Positions 14,131 through 29,030 are shown, counted from the first letter of the stretch. The stretch is DNA of 64,000 nucleotides from Eledone cirrhosa (GCA_964016885.1 OZ024743.1:300204001-300268000), one strand, 5' to 3'. Notes: generated from the sequence alone by a model not told the origin. Numbers and translations: made by a program.

Positions 14131-14725
14131 CTGTTTACATGCCAACATAAGAGCAAGAATGAACGGTTCATTCTACTGACATGGCTTTAAACATGAGGCT
14201 TTTTTGCACAATTGCAAAGGAATCCAATGTTATTATTAGTATTGGAAAAACTCATATTACATTTACATTAGTATATTTCATTTTAATCAAAGGGTACCCC
14301 GGGGTCACCACCCCCTCTGAAACCTCCCGCTGAAGATTTTCTCCCTTTATATGAAATTTAAACCATAGGTATATAACTAGATATTATTCCTATTCACAAA
14401 ATTTCAGCAAATTTCAATGACATTAAGAAACCCTAATGGGGGTTAAACCCTCTATTAGGGTTCCCACGAGGTGCAAACCCGTGTTGAAAATGTTTTCCCT
14501 TCGATTTATATGAAATAAAATAAGAATAAGATTTAATAAAGTAATGTTGATTTGATATATTACAAAAAATAATGTTTTACAATTTTTCATGCATTACGTT
14601 TTTCATTAAGTAATATTGAAATGCAGAGTTGTTCTTCATAAATTATATTACTGATTTAAAATCAATCGTCATTTTCTTATAAAAAAAATGTGTGAAATGC
14701 AGCATGGCGCGGGTAATTCGGGTAG

Positions 14726-14843
<118 letters not shown>

Positions 14844-14866
14844 TGTATATATGTATATATCAATAA

Positions 14867-14958
<92 letters not shown>

Positions 14959-15929
14959 GTATGTGTGTGTGTACATATATCACATTCTATAATATATCAG
15001 ACTATATTACACGCTAGCCAGCAACGGGTTCCAAAACATTCCATGACATCCCAGCCATATATGAATTGGCAACCTTCTTAATTATATATAACCTTTTGGC
15101 GGCAATATCCACAAATCTGATGAACTATCAAATTTCAGAGACGTGCGCGGACACTAACAATCGTATCTTAATCTAATCAATCTCGAAACGCGCGTCACAT
15201 AGAAATAAGCATAATCCTGCTATATCGGTACTTCCTTCTTGCTTCTCATTTTTAATATTATTAACACTCTATTTCTTACGGATAACCACTACGGTGCAAT
15301 ACCAAACGTAGACGTAGCCGGACTCATAGTAGCAGTGAGTGTTTAGAGAAGAAGAAGGAACATTGGCCAGAGCAAAAAGAGGAGAAACTAGGTAACATTG
15401 AAGTAAAGATCACATCAACACACATAAACAAGAAAACGCATAGAAAATAGACGAAATCTCAACAGAAAACTCAAATGAAGCAGTAACAACAACACCCTAC
15501 GTTCTGAAGACTGAAGCCCGAATGATGCAAATAAAAACATAGGAAGACATAAATAAAGTAATGTGCAAATCCACATTTGCACACACTTCACACATACACC
15601 TGCCGCATACAATAACAAACAGGCGCAGGCGGAGAAGAGTACCACAGAAAGACAAGAAATAGTAAATACTGTAACAGCAGAAAGATTAAGAGATACGTAA
15701 GAAAACAAACAGTTGTTGAGGTGGTCACATAATGTGTAACGAAATAATTTTTTCGAACTAACTAATAACTAATAAAACAGTGTAAGGAGAATCAAATAGT
15801 TCGTGTATTTATTTATTCCTTATTGGCAAAAAGATCACCCACAAATACAACATCATCTGTTTCCACACAAGATTTCACGTTAAGAATCTTGCAAAATAAA
15901 ATATGCATATAATACATATACACTTACAT

Positions 15930-17265
15930 ACGGTGTAGTGATGTGCCTGTATATACATCTTAATCTAAAAATGTGGGCGGAATTTAAATTTTGTTATATA
16001 TGTGACATATTTTCTTTGAAATATTAATCCATTATTTAATGTAACTTCTTTCATTGTCGTATATCGTAAGTATTCATGCCAAAAGACAATTCTAGAAAAT
16101 AATTCTGGCGCTTCAGAATGACAAAATCTCGACGGCTTGCACGGTTATTAGAATAACAGATTAATTTAGCGACGAATCACTGCAACTATATTAATTGTAG
16201 CAACAAGAATTTTCCTTCCCAATTATTCGGCAATGTTCGATAGAAAATCTTTTTTCGTAAGGGCCTATACATTCGTTTAATTGAAGTTTTCTTTTATTTT
16301 GTCTCTACAAAAGCACTTCCTTAGTGTTGAGAGAAAGACGATTGTGTAAAGGCCAATACTACAAATGCGTAAACATAAAACAATATCGTTTCGAAAATAA
16401 ATACACAAGAACACACATACACACACAATCATTCATACACATGTAAACACGTATTTGCGACCACACACTGTTTGCCTCCGGTATACACATACTCCACTAT
16501 TCGAGTGTGGAAACCCATGCAAACTTTGGCTAGCCGCTCTTTATCAGCTTTAATTTCCAGGCAAGCCTATGAACTGAATCATAGCATTAACAGAATGTGG
16601 CTTACGTGCAAAAATAGTTTCTTTCACATTCCCAGAAAAAGAAGTCCATAGCGGTGAGATTTGGTAACCTGTCGTCCTTCGTTCGGGATCGCTTCGCGAA
16701 ATTGTAAACACCGATCCGAATCATTATCCGAGAAACAATGTATCAACCGTGGCATGTACATTTTCAGTTCTACACGGTGTATTAAACGTCCAAACGATCT
16801 ACGTTCAACAAATAATTCATATGACGCCCTGATCTTCGATTTGTGAGTGGTCTATGCAAATGCCATGGCTACATGCAGTGTATACTCTTGTCACGGTTAC
16901 TGGTTGATCTCTGTTTGGCGAGTTGTTGATCGACCCAGTCAACTGAAAATTATCACGTATTCGGTAAAAGGCTTGTTGAGGGAGACTGGACACATTTTTC
17001 TCGTCCATGCTCTCGCTAACGTTCACTACTCTCTGTCTTCCAGTACTGGTTAAATCCAATTTGCGCTCCTCGATCCTTAAATTACTAGCCACAGTTAAAT
17101 TTCCACTTTACAGGCAAATTATAGACCTATTATATAAAATTATGAAAATACATATAGTAACAATGAGTTTAATGAATTGAATGAATATTAGCACATCTAT
17201 TATAATAGTGGTAATAATGGTATAATACTTCCTGTACACCTACAGTTGCAGTCCCCGGTGTATAC
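15930..17265 (-). mobile_element. Decayed Tc1/mariner-superfamily transposon
   Basis: Minus strand RLPNLTAMDFFFW (cf. RSPDLTPLDFFLW) at ~16630-16670, and FQLTGSINNSPNRDQPVTVT (cf. FRETGSV..RSGRPRT). Boundaries approximate. Confidence 0.6.
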
Positions 17266-17299
17266 ATATATATATAAGTATATGTATAAATATATATAT

Positions 17300-17364
<65 letters not shown>

Positions 17365-17415
17365 AATATATATATATATATATGAATACATATATCTATA
17401 TGAATATATATATAC

Positions 17416-17492
<77 letters not shown>

Positions 17493-17549
17493 TGTGTGTG
17501 TGTGTATGGGTGTGTATGTTTGTGTGTATTCATATATATATATATATTA

Positions 17550-20005
17550 GGGTGTTCCAGAATCCCACATTTTACACAAAAGTGTTTTTTTCTTAGCTCC
17601 CTATGTATTTTCTCATGCCATTTTGTATATTATCAATTTATAATGTAAGTTTGATTATTTCAGACTAATTTAGGTTTTGCCTAATAGTTTCAAATTGGCA
17701 GAATAATGGGGGAAACCAGTGGGCCTAGTTGTAGCTAGTCGGTTCGTTGTGATGATCGAGAAATATGGCTCCTGGGGCAATATGTTACATTCTTTTAACC
17801 AAACAAAATATCAACAAAGGGGGATGTTCTAAGATATTTATTCTACCTGAAAGATGGTCCTATGAAACACGAAAAGCATGTGAGCTTCAATGGTGCTATT
17901 GCGGATAGGCTTGTGATGGAAGTAGTTAGTCAGTGGGAAAAAGCTGGTGTGGAGACTCAACGAAAAGACAAAGTGAAACTGAAAATGATGAACATGTACA
18001 GTGAATACAGAAATTTACAAAAATAACAAAGTTTCTAAGTCAAACAAAGAAAAGGAAGCACTATTTATTTCTGAATTGGATTCGTATTTCTACATTGCAC
18101 ATACTGATGCTGAAAAGAAAATTTTGAAAGACCGTTTTCGTAATAATGAACAGAAAATGGAAGATGCTACATTTCTCAAAGCCCTGCGTTGCCAGAAAAA
18201 AACATCTCTGGGTGCTTAAGACAAGGGTGACCAGAGAAAGCTATCTTCAAAGTTTAAGCGTGATCAGGTCTCCGTGGCTCGTCGAGAGTCAGAGAACCAT
18301 AGAAAGCGTTTGTCAGGATCTGAAGCAGCACAACTTCCACGTAATGAACTGAGTGATTCAAGTTCAACCAATGATGAAAGTGAAGATAAACAGAATCCTC
18401 AATTTCAGGCCTCAAACCCACCCAAAGACAGATCAAAGTCAGACAAGAAACGAAAAATCCAGCTGGAACTCCCAAAGAATACATTTGAAAGTCCAAACAT
18501 TTCTCTAATGGCTGATCGTTTAAACTTGACACTGCGCCAGAGAACAGCATTTATGGCATCGATTATTTCTGAGGGTGAGACTGAAATAGACGACACAACT
18601 CTCTCCTAGAATAGTAGCAGACGTGCAGCTAAGAATCTCAGAACTGTGTGGGCTGAACACATAAAGGAACAATTTGCTCTAGCAGACTTTGTTACCTTGC
18701 ATTGGGAAGGCAAAATAATTCCCGGTGACGATGAGAGGCTTGGTGTGCTAGCTGCTGGAACTCCGGACTTCAGAGAAGGTAAACTCCTCGGTGTTCCCAT
18801 AATTACTGATGGCACTGGAACCACCCAAGCCAAAGCCTCATTTGATCTTGTTAAAGATTGGAATGTTGATGGGTCTGTGGTGGGTTTGGTCTTCGACACA
18901 ACAGCTTCGGATTATGGATGGGAAAATGGTGCCTGCCTGAAACTAGAAGAGATGCTCAACAAAAGGTATTTTATTTTGCTTGTCGGCACCATGTCAGGGA
19001 GCGTATCTTGTGTGCAGTGTGGCAACAACTATTCGGAATAATGTCCAGTCCAGACACCCCAGAGTTCAAGGAGTTCAAAAGAAATTGGGTGTCACTCACC
19101 GACAAGACCAACTTTAAAACATTGAATATTGTCGACCGGAGACTCAAGCGTCTGTGTTCTGAGAACATCAAGTTCCTCCAAGATTTGCTGAAATCCGGCG
19201 ATGGGAAAATGAGTTCTCTTCCATGGGACGACTACCGAGAATGTGCCGAGTTGATGTTGATCTTGCTTGGTGTCACCCCTCCTCGTGGAATTCCTTGGAT
19301 GCTGCCTGGTGTACATCATAACGCTCGGTGAATGTCCACAATCATCTATAGTGCTAAGATGTATGCATTTAGTGAGCGACTCAATTACGATCAAGCTAAA
19401 ATGGAAAGGTTGCGCCGGATCTGTATGTTCAATGCTCTGTTCTACGTGCGATACTGGCTGATAGCAGTCAAGTGTGCTGATGCACCATCCACTGACATTC
19501 AATTCTACGTGGAGTTGACACAGTACAGTAAGGTTGACAGAGATCTCTCGCAGGCAGCCACTACAGCTCTGAGCAGGCATCTTTCGTACCTGACGGAGGA
19601 AGCCATTACGCTAGCGCTGTTTTCAAGTCGGGTCCAAGAGTTCTAGAAGAAACAAATAACCCAACATATTGTCAAAACGAAAACGTCTGGGCCTCTCGAC
19701 CGTGGTGCTCCAGTATTTCCCGAGTTGAAATCGTCCACGAAGCTGCCTTGTCTAGTTGGGAAGAAATCAACGCTTCTGTTCGTTCTCCTTGGTCTCGACG
19801 ATACTTGGCTTGAGCTATCCCCTGCAACTTGGTCATAACAAGCGTCATTTCGAAATGCCTGTGCTGTTGTCCACGATATCAAGGTAGTCAACGATCTGGC
19901 GGAGAGAGCAGTCAAGTTGATAACTGATTTTGTTGTCATCACCAAGAATGAGGAGGAGAAGCAGTGTGTTCTTCAATTAATCGAAGCTCATCGTCGCATG
20001 TCCCT
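17550..20005 (+). mobile_element. Sola2-like DNA transposon, transposase pseudogene, 3' truncated
   Basis: Split ORFs give LHWEGK, VFDTTAS..GAC, ACRHH..E, LPWDDYRE, PGVHHNAR(W)M and KVVNDLAERAVKL. Left end tta|GGGTG. No right TIR seen. Confidence 0.75.
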
Positions 20006-20103
20006 GTTATTATTTCTAGCAATATTACTACAATATGACCCTCCCCAAGTATAACAATATTTGTTTCGACACACGATTTCATGTAAAAAAACGCGCAAAA
20101 CAA

Positions 20104-20193
<90 letters not shown>

Positions 20194-20266
20194 ATGAAGC
20201 GAAATTTCATTTCTCACTCTTAGTACGGCTGATACTTAAATGTAAGTATGTACATTTAAGTATCAT

Positions 20267-21500
20267 GCATGAGGTGTTTCCAGATAATCTGGACAACGTG
20301 AGAATGTTTCAAATCTTGAATTTAGGCAATCGCTATAGCGGAATACCTTTATAATATTTATCCTTTCTTCAATATACATTCCACAAAACGGATTGCCCCT
20401 TATGTATAGCTTGGACTTAGCGAAAGCTTTCCATTGAATGGACTAGTCTATATGAGTCCTTCGGGGACAATACGTGGCTGGCGAGCTTCATGAATGGTCA
20501 TTTGTCATGGTACCTAAAGCTCAACTGATGGTTCAGGAGGCGTTCTTTAAATGACCCCGTCCGCCATACCCACATAGGATTTGACGGTCTGTGGCTGATA
20601 TGGTCGGTTGCAAGTGACCACAGCTTCATAAACTACAGCGGGTGTGTTGCATTGCTGTTGAAGGGGACAAGCTTCAGGCTTTCGGCAAGAGCTTCCTAGT
20701 GGGGTGCCGCTCTTTGGACTGTTGGTAATGTGGGCCTTCATATTCTTAGCGCAGGAGTACGATGACCCACATCACCAATAGTCGTAAGAGCGGCAGCCCA
20801 CCAAGATGTTCTTGCCGAAAGCCTGAAGCTTCCCCCTTCAACAGCAATGCAACATACCCGCTGTAGTTTATGAAGCTGTGGTCACTTCTAACCAACCAAA
20901 TCAACCATAGGAGGTCAAATCCTATGTGGGTATGGTGGATGGGCGATTTAAGGAGCGCTTCCTGAACCATCAGTCGGCCTTTAGGTACCTGGACAAACGA
21001 TCATCCACGAAACTCGAAAGCCACGTATGGACCCTCAAAGACTCAGGTATACACTAAGCCATCCATTCAATGGAAAGCTATCACTAAGTCTAAACCATAA
21101 GCAAGAGGCAATCCATCTTGGGGACTGTGTGTTGAAGAAAGGATAAATAATCTAAGGGTATGCATTAGCGATTGCCTAAATTCATGAAATGAAATATTCT
21201 CAGGTTGAACACCTGTCAGGAAACACCTCATGATTAACTGCAAATCTCCGGATTGAATAACAACAACATTCTAATTTTCTAATCAACTCGAACATTTTAT
21301 TCCGGAACCTCGCAGTTTTTTTCCTTACACCTTTCGCCCATTATACCGCCTGGGTGAAGTGAACATTTCTGCGCATACGCGTTCATACGGTTCTTCTTCC
21401 AGTTCCGTATAACCGTGACCAGTCCAAAACTGACGCTCCGCATAAGTTGAAACAATTGTTCTCGGTATGGTGAACTAACTGGTGTGTTACTACTTCTATA
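20267..21500. mobile_element. Head-to-head inverted pair of PLE GIY-YIG 3' ends
   Basis: 20267-20745 is a diverged reverse complement of 20760-21232. Encodes CRKPEACPLQQQCNTPAVVYEAVV..KSYVGMA. The right arm continues to a decayed HHR (CTGACGc..GAAACaattGTT, 21430-21464) and (TA)n. Confidence 0.85.
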
Positions 21501-21610
21501 TATATATATATATATTATATATTTCCGTAGGAAAGGTAAAAGAATGGAGAGTGCGGTAATAGGCTACAGACCTGTTTAGTTATGTAATAAACAACATAAG
21601 ATTATTATTC

Positions 21611-21677
21611 CATTTACTAAAGTTTTCACGAGACCAGATGATCTTGACACAGACGGCTGAAATCGTTCGTCAGAATG
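21611..21677 (-). ncRNA. Hammerhead motif family E (extra A after GAAA)
   Basis: Minus strand: catt-CTGACGA-acga...tcgt-GAAAaC-ttta-GTA-aatg. A deleted homolog lies at 26714-26800 (+). Confidence 0.6.
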
Positions 21678-21999
21678 AAACATTTATTTAAAGTCGATGT
21701 GAGATATGGATTTCAAAACAAATTCTAGAACAATTGAATGCGAGGCTGTATAAAAAAAAATAACGGACGTAATGTAATGGGGGAATTCATAAATATATAT
21801 ATATATATATGCAAAAGTTCTATTTAAATTGTTGGGATACAACAAGCAAATATTTTTATAACTGATATAAAGCACTCAACAAGATTTTGGAGTAAACATA
21901 CGATATTAACAGATGGAAACTATATTTATAAAACTGTCTTGAAATCTGTAAAATGAAATAAATATGGTTTTATAAATATAGTTTCCACTTGTTAATATC

Positions 22000-22048
<49 letters not shown>

Positions 22049-22327
22049 TATATAAATATACACATACACATATAAGCATCTATCCAGGCATATCCTTATA
22101 CTCACACACATACCTACATGTACACATACATATATATACATACACAAACACACACACGCACGCATATATATATACATACATACATACATACATACATACG
22201 TTCATATACACATGCGTTTACATACGAACACATACACATACGAACACATACACATACACATCGATAAATATATATATCTACAAATACATACATACACGCA
22301 CACATACATATATGTACACATATATGT

Positions 22328-22384
<57 letters not shown>

Positions 22385-22681
22385 TACATGTACACACACG
22401 CGCATATATCTATATATATTATATATATACATAGAAGCACACACACATATATACACATATACAATAGTACATACACACACGTACATGTACATCCATACAG
22501 TTCAGTAGCTAATTGAGTAGGCAAGAAAGAAAATTATTAAAAATAAATGTAAAAATTAAAATAAACGCACGTTCTCACGCCCGCAGGACGTATCCATATG
22601 CACAGTAGTGGACTAAAACAAGAAAATAAACATAAAAAAAAGAAAAATTCATAATATATATATATATACATATATATATAT

Positions 22682-24290
22682 AGTAACCTTGTCTACAAAT
22701 GTAAGGTTGTAACACCCACGTCCTGTAGCGCCTACATAGGGTTAACCGCCAATGGATTCAAGCAGCGTCTTTACATGCATACCCATTCTTTTCGTTACCC
22801 TTTAAGAAGGAATATGACGTCAATTTCAGCTTATATCTGGAGTCTAAAAGACAACCACACCCAATATAAGTTACACTGGGAGATCCTAGCTAGGGCTAGA
22901 TCGTATAACGGAAATAAAAGACAATATGACGTCTGCGCCGCTGAGGCTCTGGAAATACTCTACGCCAATGACCACATCTAAAACAAAAAATCTGACGCAA
23001 TTTCGGCTTGTAAACATAAATTGCACAAATCCTTCCTGTATTACAGCCTACATTATACCCTAACGGATAGTACGAACTATACGTGGATAATTTACGTCTT
23101 GATGTGGTAGCTAAGTATATTTTATGTTTATACCATTACTTATTTGTATAGGTAAGTATATATTACCTGTATGTTTTGTGAAGGTGCGTATACTTTCTCG
23201 TATGTATATTTGATTGTATATGTTATGGCGTATATATTATATATTTTGGTACATATGCTTTTGGTTATGTGTATACGTGAGTTTTGCGTCTATGTGAGTA
23301 TACGGATTCGTACGTATGTAGGGTGTGTGTATATGTGTACTTCGTGTTTTGGTTGACGTGCGTCTGCGAACATATGAGTATTTACATGTAGGTATTTGTG
23401 TGCGCTTGTTATATACGTATTTATTTGTTTATATACGTTTATTTAATTATATGTATACACGCACACACACACATATATATATATATATTTTTATTTTTAT
23501 ATATATTTTTATGTGCATTTGGTGTATACATTCGTATGCGCGCGAGTACAGGCGTTGTGTGGCTTCTGTAGGTGCGTGCGTTTTTTTGTTGCTTTTTGAG
23601 TGTGTGTGTGTACGTGCGTGTATTTATATACCTATGGCGAGTGTTTTCGCGTATGCTTGTGTATGTACATATATGGATGCCTGTATGTATTTATTTAATT
23701 TCAATTACTTCTGTATTTTATTTACTTTATTCTTAACTCTGAAGCCGAGAATCATTAGGTTTCCTAGTTAGAATTTTAGTCTACGACTTCAATTATACCA
23801 TTTACGTGGTTTTGTCTTTGCGTGCAATTGTTCTTCCAGCTCCACATATGACGTATTATCTTCGTGTTTTCCGTTCATTGCCAGAGAACGTCTCTATGAA
23901 CCACCTAATAGAATATTAGTCTACGACTTCTTTTATACCATAAATGTGGTTTTCTTTTTGCGTGTAATTGTTTTTCACTGCTCCAAAAAATAACGTATTA
24001 TATTCCTTTTTTGCCGTTCTTTGCCAGGGAACGTTTCCGCGAGCCAAAGTATCGTCTTCCTGTCTTCCTCCGTTTGAACGTTTTTTAAAAAATATTCACT
24101 TCTGCGTTCACATATTGACTTTGTTAGTTTCAGAAGATCCCGTTAAGGGTGAAAGCAGCGATTCTTTGCTTAAACATAAATCTGTTATTTTAATAAATAT
24201 TTGCTCAACGGTTCTTATATATTTGATATATATTTATCCTTATCGAGCCCTATTTGGATTTTAGTCTTCAAATTTATTATTATTACTATA
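22682..24290 (+). mobile_element. PLE 3' end: GIY-YIG remnant + long 3' UTR/pLTR
   Basis: LVYKCKV..AYIGLTANGFKQRLYMHTHSFRY..TSISAYIWSLKD..WEILARA..DVCAAE. Decayed HHR at 24127-24175 (gttt-CaGAAGA-tccc/gggt-GAAAgca..tgcTT-aaac). Confidence 0.8.
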
Positions 24291-24297
24291 TATATAT

Positions 24298-24575
24298 ATT
24301 GTTATGCTTTGGGAGGGTCATGTTGCCAATAAGAAACACACGCACCAGGAGATTCACTCCAATTTATTATAAATTAAATTTATAAATTTAAGAATTTATA
24401 AATTCCCGGTTCGTTGGTTGGTTCCATAACCGGATGGTTGTTCATATATTGTCACAGTTCTTTCGTCACACATTCTGTGATCTCTTCAGTAACCTGGGGA
24501 TTCTTTTCTTTGTTTTTGTGGCTCTTCTTTCTTTCAACACACGCTTTCAGATAAAGAATCGTGCTAAACAACTTC
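24298..24575 (-). mobile_element. Solo 3' pLTR of PLE family C with HHR (24451-24494)
   Basis: Homologous to 35739-35970. Minus strand CTGAAGA-gatcaca(gaa)tgtgtgac-GAAA. Confidence 0.8.
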
Positions 24576-24580
24576 AGAAA

Positions 24581-24638
<58 letters not shown>

Positions 24639-24749
24639 CGAAGGAGTTGTGGGAAGGAGCCAGATGGATCATAACGCACCAGAAATAGACGTCGAAACGG
24701 CTTGAGCTCTGCCGTCGGGGTCATATATTTTCCTCTATATATACATATA

Positions 24750-25335
24750 CGTTCTCGTACGTATATTAGCTTGTATTTGTTATAGGCGTATATATTATAT
24801 TATATATACTGTTACAAGTGTATACTTGAGTTTTGCGTTTGTGTGTGTATGCGGGTTTGCACCTATGTAGGGTGAGTGTATATGTGTACTTTGTGTTTTG
24901 GTTGACATATGTTTAGCGAATATATGTGTTTTAACATGTGTTTTTACATATATATATTTATAGTATGTACATATATGTATGTGTGCGTGTATGTATATAT
25001 ATATATATACATACAGGCACACATACATATATGTACATACTATAAATATATATATATGTTCATATATATATGTAAAAACACATGTAAAAACACATATTCG
25101 CTAAACCAACGTCAACCAAAACACAAAGTACACAAAGTACACAAAGTACACATATACACACACCCTACATAAGTGCAAACCCGCATACACACACAAACGC
25201 AAAACTCAAGTATACACATGTAACAATATATATGATATAATATATACGCCTATAACAAATACAAGCAAATATACGTACGAGAAAGTATACGTATCTTCAC
25301 AAAACATACAACTAATATATACTTACCTATACAAA
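24750..25335. repeat. Near-perfect inverted repeat of a PLE 3' UTR segment
   Basis: 24755-24990 is the reverse complement of ~25015-25285. Homologous to 23140-23400. Confidence 0.85.
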
Positions 25336-25361
25336 TAAGTAATGGTATATGTATGTATATG

Positions 25362-25432
<71 letters not shown>

Positions 25433-25669
25433 GTATGTATACGCATGTGTATGTGTGTGCGTGTGTATGTATGTATATATATATGTGCGTTTGTGTATAT
25501 ATGTACGCATGTATATGTGTACGTGTGTGTATGAGTGTGACTAAAGGTATATACTTCTTACCTCGAGATTTCCCATCTGCATTGTTGTGGCTTTCTAAAC
25601 TACATATTTTACACATTTCACAATGCTTCAAGCAAATTTTAACACCCTCATTTATATATATATATATAA

Positions 25670-26370
25670 GTAAGTTGAATTTTAATTTTTGAAATTTTCT
25701 TATTTTACGTCTTTCATATAATTGTTCGGCATCCTCCTGCATTGAACCACCTAGGTACTATGACATAACTTATGTATTTGCTAGCATTAGTGTACACCTG
25801 TACGCATATGTTGGTAAATATACTAATTCTCTATATGTATCTCCAAATTATTTATTTGTTGAGCAAACTTGCCAAATCCACTACTATTTCATGGTAGTGG
25901 TAGTAAGCTTTTGTCATTATACCACCCCACTCCTTCTGACTAGCCTCAGTGTCACATGATTGATTCTTTAGAATCTGCCATTTGACCAGAGACAGTGAAC
26001 GTTTTCAGTGCTATGGAATTCAGTCCCCGCTAGCTGTTCCATCCACCGAATTATTATTTTTATATGAGTCCCTAGTGTCCGCGCATTGCCTGGAGACTTA
26101 GCTGAGAATAGACTCCCTGATGACGTAATGAATTCTCGATGGTTACATTGCGTAACTATCTTTATCCCATTACAGAAACTAATTAGTTGGAGTGAAAATT
26201 TTAGTAATTAAGTTGATTTTTAATTTTTGAAATTTTCTTATTTTACGTCTTTCATATAATTGTTCTGCATCCTCCTGTATTGAACCACCTAGGTACTATG
26301 ACATAACTTATGTATTTGCTAGCATTAGTGTACACCTGTACGCATATGTTGGTAAATATACTAATTCTAT
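25670..26370 (+). mobile_element. Partial-tandem pLTR: ~165-bp direct repeats around an HHR-containing unit
   Basis: 25670-25835 is nearly identical to 26209-26370, with an HHR immediately before the second copy. Confidence 0.75.
26112..26193 (+). ncRNA. Type I hammerhead motif
   Basis: actcc-CTGATGA-cgtaatg...cattaca-GAAAC-taatta-GTT-ggagt. Palindromic stem III ACTAATTAGT. Confidence 0.75.
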
Positions 26371-26794
26371 ATATATATATATGTATATGTATATGTATTT
26401 ATATATATGTGTATGTGTACGTATGTATACGCACGTGTATGTGTGTGCGTGTGTATGTATGTATATATATATGTGCGTTTGTGTATATATGTACGCATGT
26501 ATATGTGTACGTGTGTGTATTAGTGTGACTAAAGGTATATGCGTGGGTTAGATGCTTATATATGTATGTGTATATTTATATACATACATATATATTTATT
26601 CATTTCCACATTACATAACGTCTGTTATGTTATTTTATATCAGCCTCGCTTGCAATTGTTCTAGACTTTGTTTTGAATTCCATTTCTCACATCCACTTTA
26701 GTTAAACTTTTTATTCTGACGAAGTATTTCTGACGTCTGTGCAAGCTTGTCTGTCTTCGAGAAATGGAATACTTGTCTTGTATTGTTTATTACA

Positions 26795-26874
<80 letters not shown>

Positions 26875-26879
<5 letters not shown>

Positions 26880-29030
26880 ATACTTTGGGAGGGTCATGTT
26901 GCCAATAAGAAATACACGCACCAGACGCTTTCACTTCAATTTATTATAATAAATTTATAAATTTAGGAATTTATAAATTTCCGTTTGGTTGGTTGGTTCC
27001 ACAACCAGATGATTGTTTATATATTGACAACGTTCTTTCGTCACACATTCTGTGACCTCTTCAATGGCTGGGGATTCCTTTCTTTGTTGTTGAGCCTCTC
27101 CTTTGTTCTGTCCTACGCCATCTTGTTTTTGTGTGCGTTGTCTGCTTGAGTTTGCACATGTGTTACATCCGGGTGTCTGTGTGTGTTTATATTTGTTTAT
27201 GTGTTTGTTTATTTACATGTTATTGGTTGGTTGTTTGTTCTATGTGCGTGTGTGTTTTCATTTTGTCCTTAATTGTAAGTTGTAATGTTGCTGTTCCATT
27301 CATGTTTCTATTTAATTTTGGTTGGAGTTCATTTATGTTTATTGCCTCTGTGATTTGTCTAAACATTGCGTCTTTTCTGTGTGTAGATTCTATTTTTATT
27401 TCTATGTTCTCTAATTTACCCTTATGTTCTATTTTAGCATGTAGGTAGAGTACAGATGATTCTTTACTATCTTGAAGGTCTCGCCAGGGTTCATTTATCC
27501 GTTCCCCTATACTACGAGCTGTCTCACCTTTGTACACTATATTCTTATCTCTACGTTGTCCTTCAGTACATCTTATGCTATATACTACATTTCTAGTTTT
27601 TCAGTTAATATGGGGGCTTAAATTATAGATTATACATTTTTTATCTATACATGGAGGTCTTTGAAAAGGGTATGTCTTGCTAATAAGTGTTTTTTATGGA
27701 GTTACCTGGTCTTTCTACTATCTTAATATTAAGTTTATCTTTATCTAAGGCCCTTCTAAATTTGTAAGTTAATTCATCTCTAAGGCGTATATCGATGAAC
27801 ATTACACTCTGGTATTTATTGCTACATACCATGAGTATATTCTATTAACCTCATTGCTAGTTCTTTCTATTCTATTCCAAATTTGCTCCTATAAAAGGGG
27901 CAGGTCCCGTTTGTGTCATTATTTACCATTTTTACCCATTTGGTTCTGGCTCCTCTATATACTCTGATTTTATCTCTCTGATTGTAACCAGAGAACTGCA
28001 TAAGGTGGATGAAGTTTTGTATGTTTCTCTCCAGTTCTTTGGGATTGCACACGCGGGACACGTTTGTCATCACCCGAACCAAATCCGCAATCAGTATGTT
28101 GATTTTGGTATGGTCTGAAACAGCTGAGTTTCGGTGGATCAGATATTTGGAAGTCATGTGTTTGGCATAATGGAAATGGAGGATTTCTTTTTTGTTATTA
28201 ATGGTTTCAAACCAGAGCTCTGTATCTAGTACAGGTAATCGATGGTTGGGGTGTTTGCTTGGGTAGTCTATAGTGACTCTAATACTCTGGTGGATGGAGT
28301 TAGCTATTTGCTGGATGCTTTCCATGGTGTTTTTCTCTAATTCCGGACTGTCCTCCAGTGGGGGTGTTTTAACTACGATGTTTATATCATCAACCTAGCA
28401 GGAGTACATTATCAGGGTTAAAGGGTTGCTGTCTTCTAATTGCTCTTTAAGTTTAAGTTTAAGTCTATTGTCCCACCATACCATGAATAGGTTAGCTATG
28501 TCACCTGCAATGCTAACACCAATTGCTGCTCCCTCCACTCGGGCATATGTTTTTCCATTAAATTTGAACATATGTTCTTTAAGGGTTAATTTTATGCTGG
28601 CCCCCTCCGCATGTGCAATCATTTTCTTTAGTTCATCGTGGTTTTCGGGGGTACGTATGGCTCTGGTCCACCCGTTCCATCTATGTGTGGGTTTTCTTGG
28701 CCATTGAGGTAATGGTAGGTGGTCTGCCTCTTGCTGGTCTTGTAGAGCACAGGTTGCTAAGGCCATATGTATCTAGATAATCATTACTATAAGTAAGAGT
28801 CCCAGCTCACTGGTATCAATCCCACGGAATTCAACATTGTTCTCTCTGATCATTTCTACGCATTTCTCCACAGCAAAATCCACGTCAATAGATGGATACA
28901 GGGACACAACATCCATACTACATATTATAAAGTTTGTTAGGTCCCTAGATCGGTTACTCTCGCCGATTCTGCTGTGGAGGTCCTCCGTGCTGTCACATAT
29001 ATCTGGGAACATTTCAATGATGGGGTGTAT
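26875..29030 (-). mobile_element. 5'-truncated PLE family C copy 1 (RT + GIY-YIG pseudogene + pLTR)
   Basis: SMDVVSLYPSI, GAAIGVSIAGDIANLFM, LPVLD and YKGETARSIGERINE motifs, frameshifted. HHR at 27025-27068. Confidence 0.93.

Larger units (their letters stand above)
13330..14265. mobile_element. Head-to-head inverted pair of a non-coding HHR element (family D)
   Basis: 13581-13860 is the reverse complement of ~13960-14238. A third copy lies at 57790-58180. Confidence 0.85.

Noticed and set aside
14285-14725. Second Helitron-like element
   Set aside because: The 3' hairpin and CTAG are too degenerate (gggtagt) to support a call.
15118-15205. CTGATGA ... GAAACgcgcGTC as a hammerhead
   Set aside because: Stems I and II do not pair convincingly. 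At most a decayed half-site.
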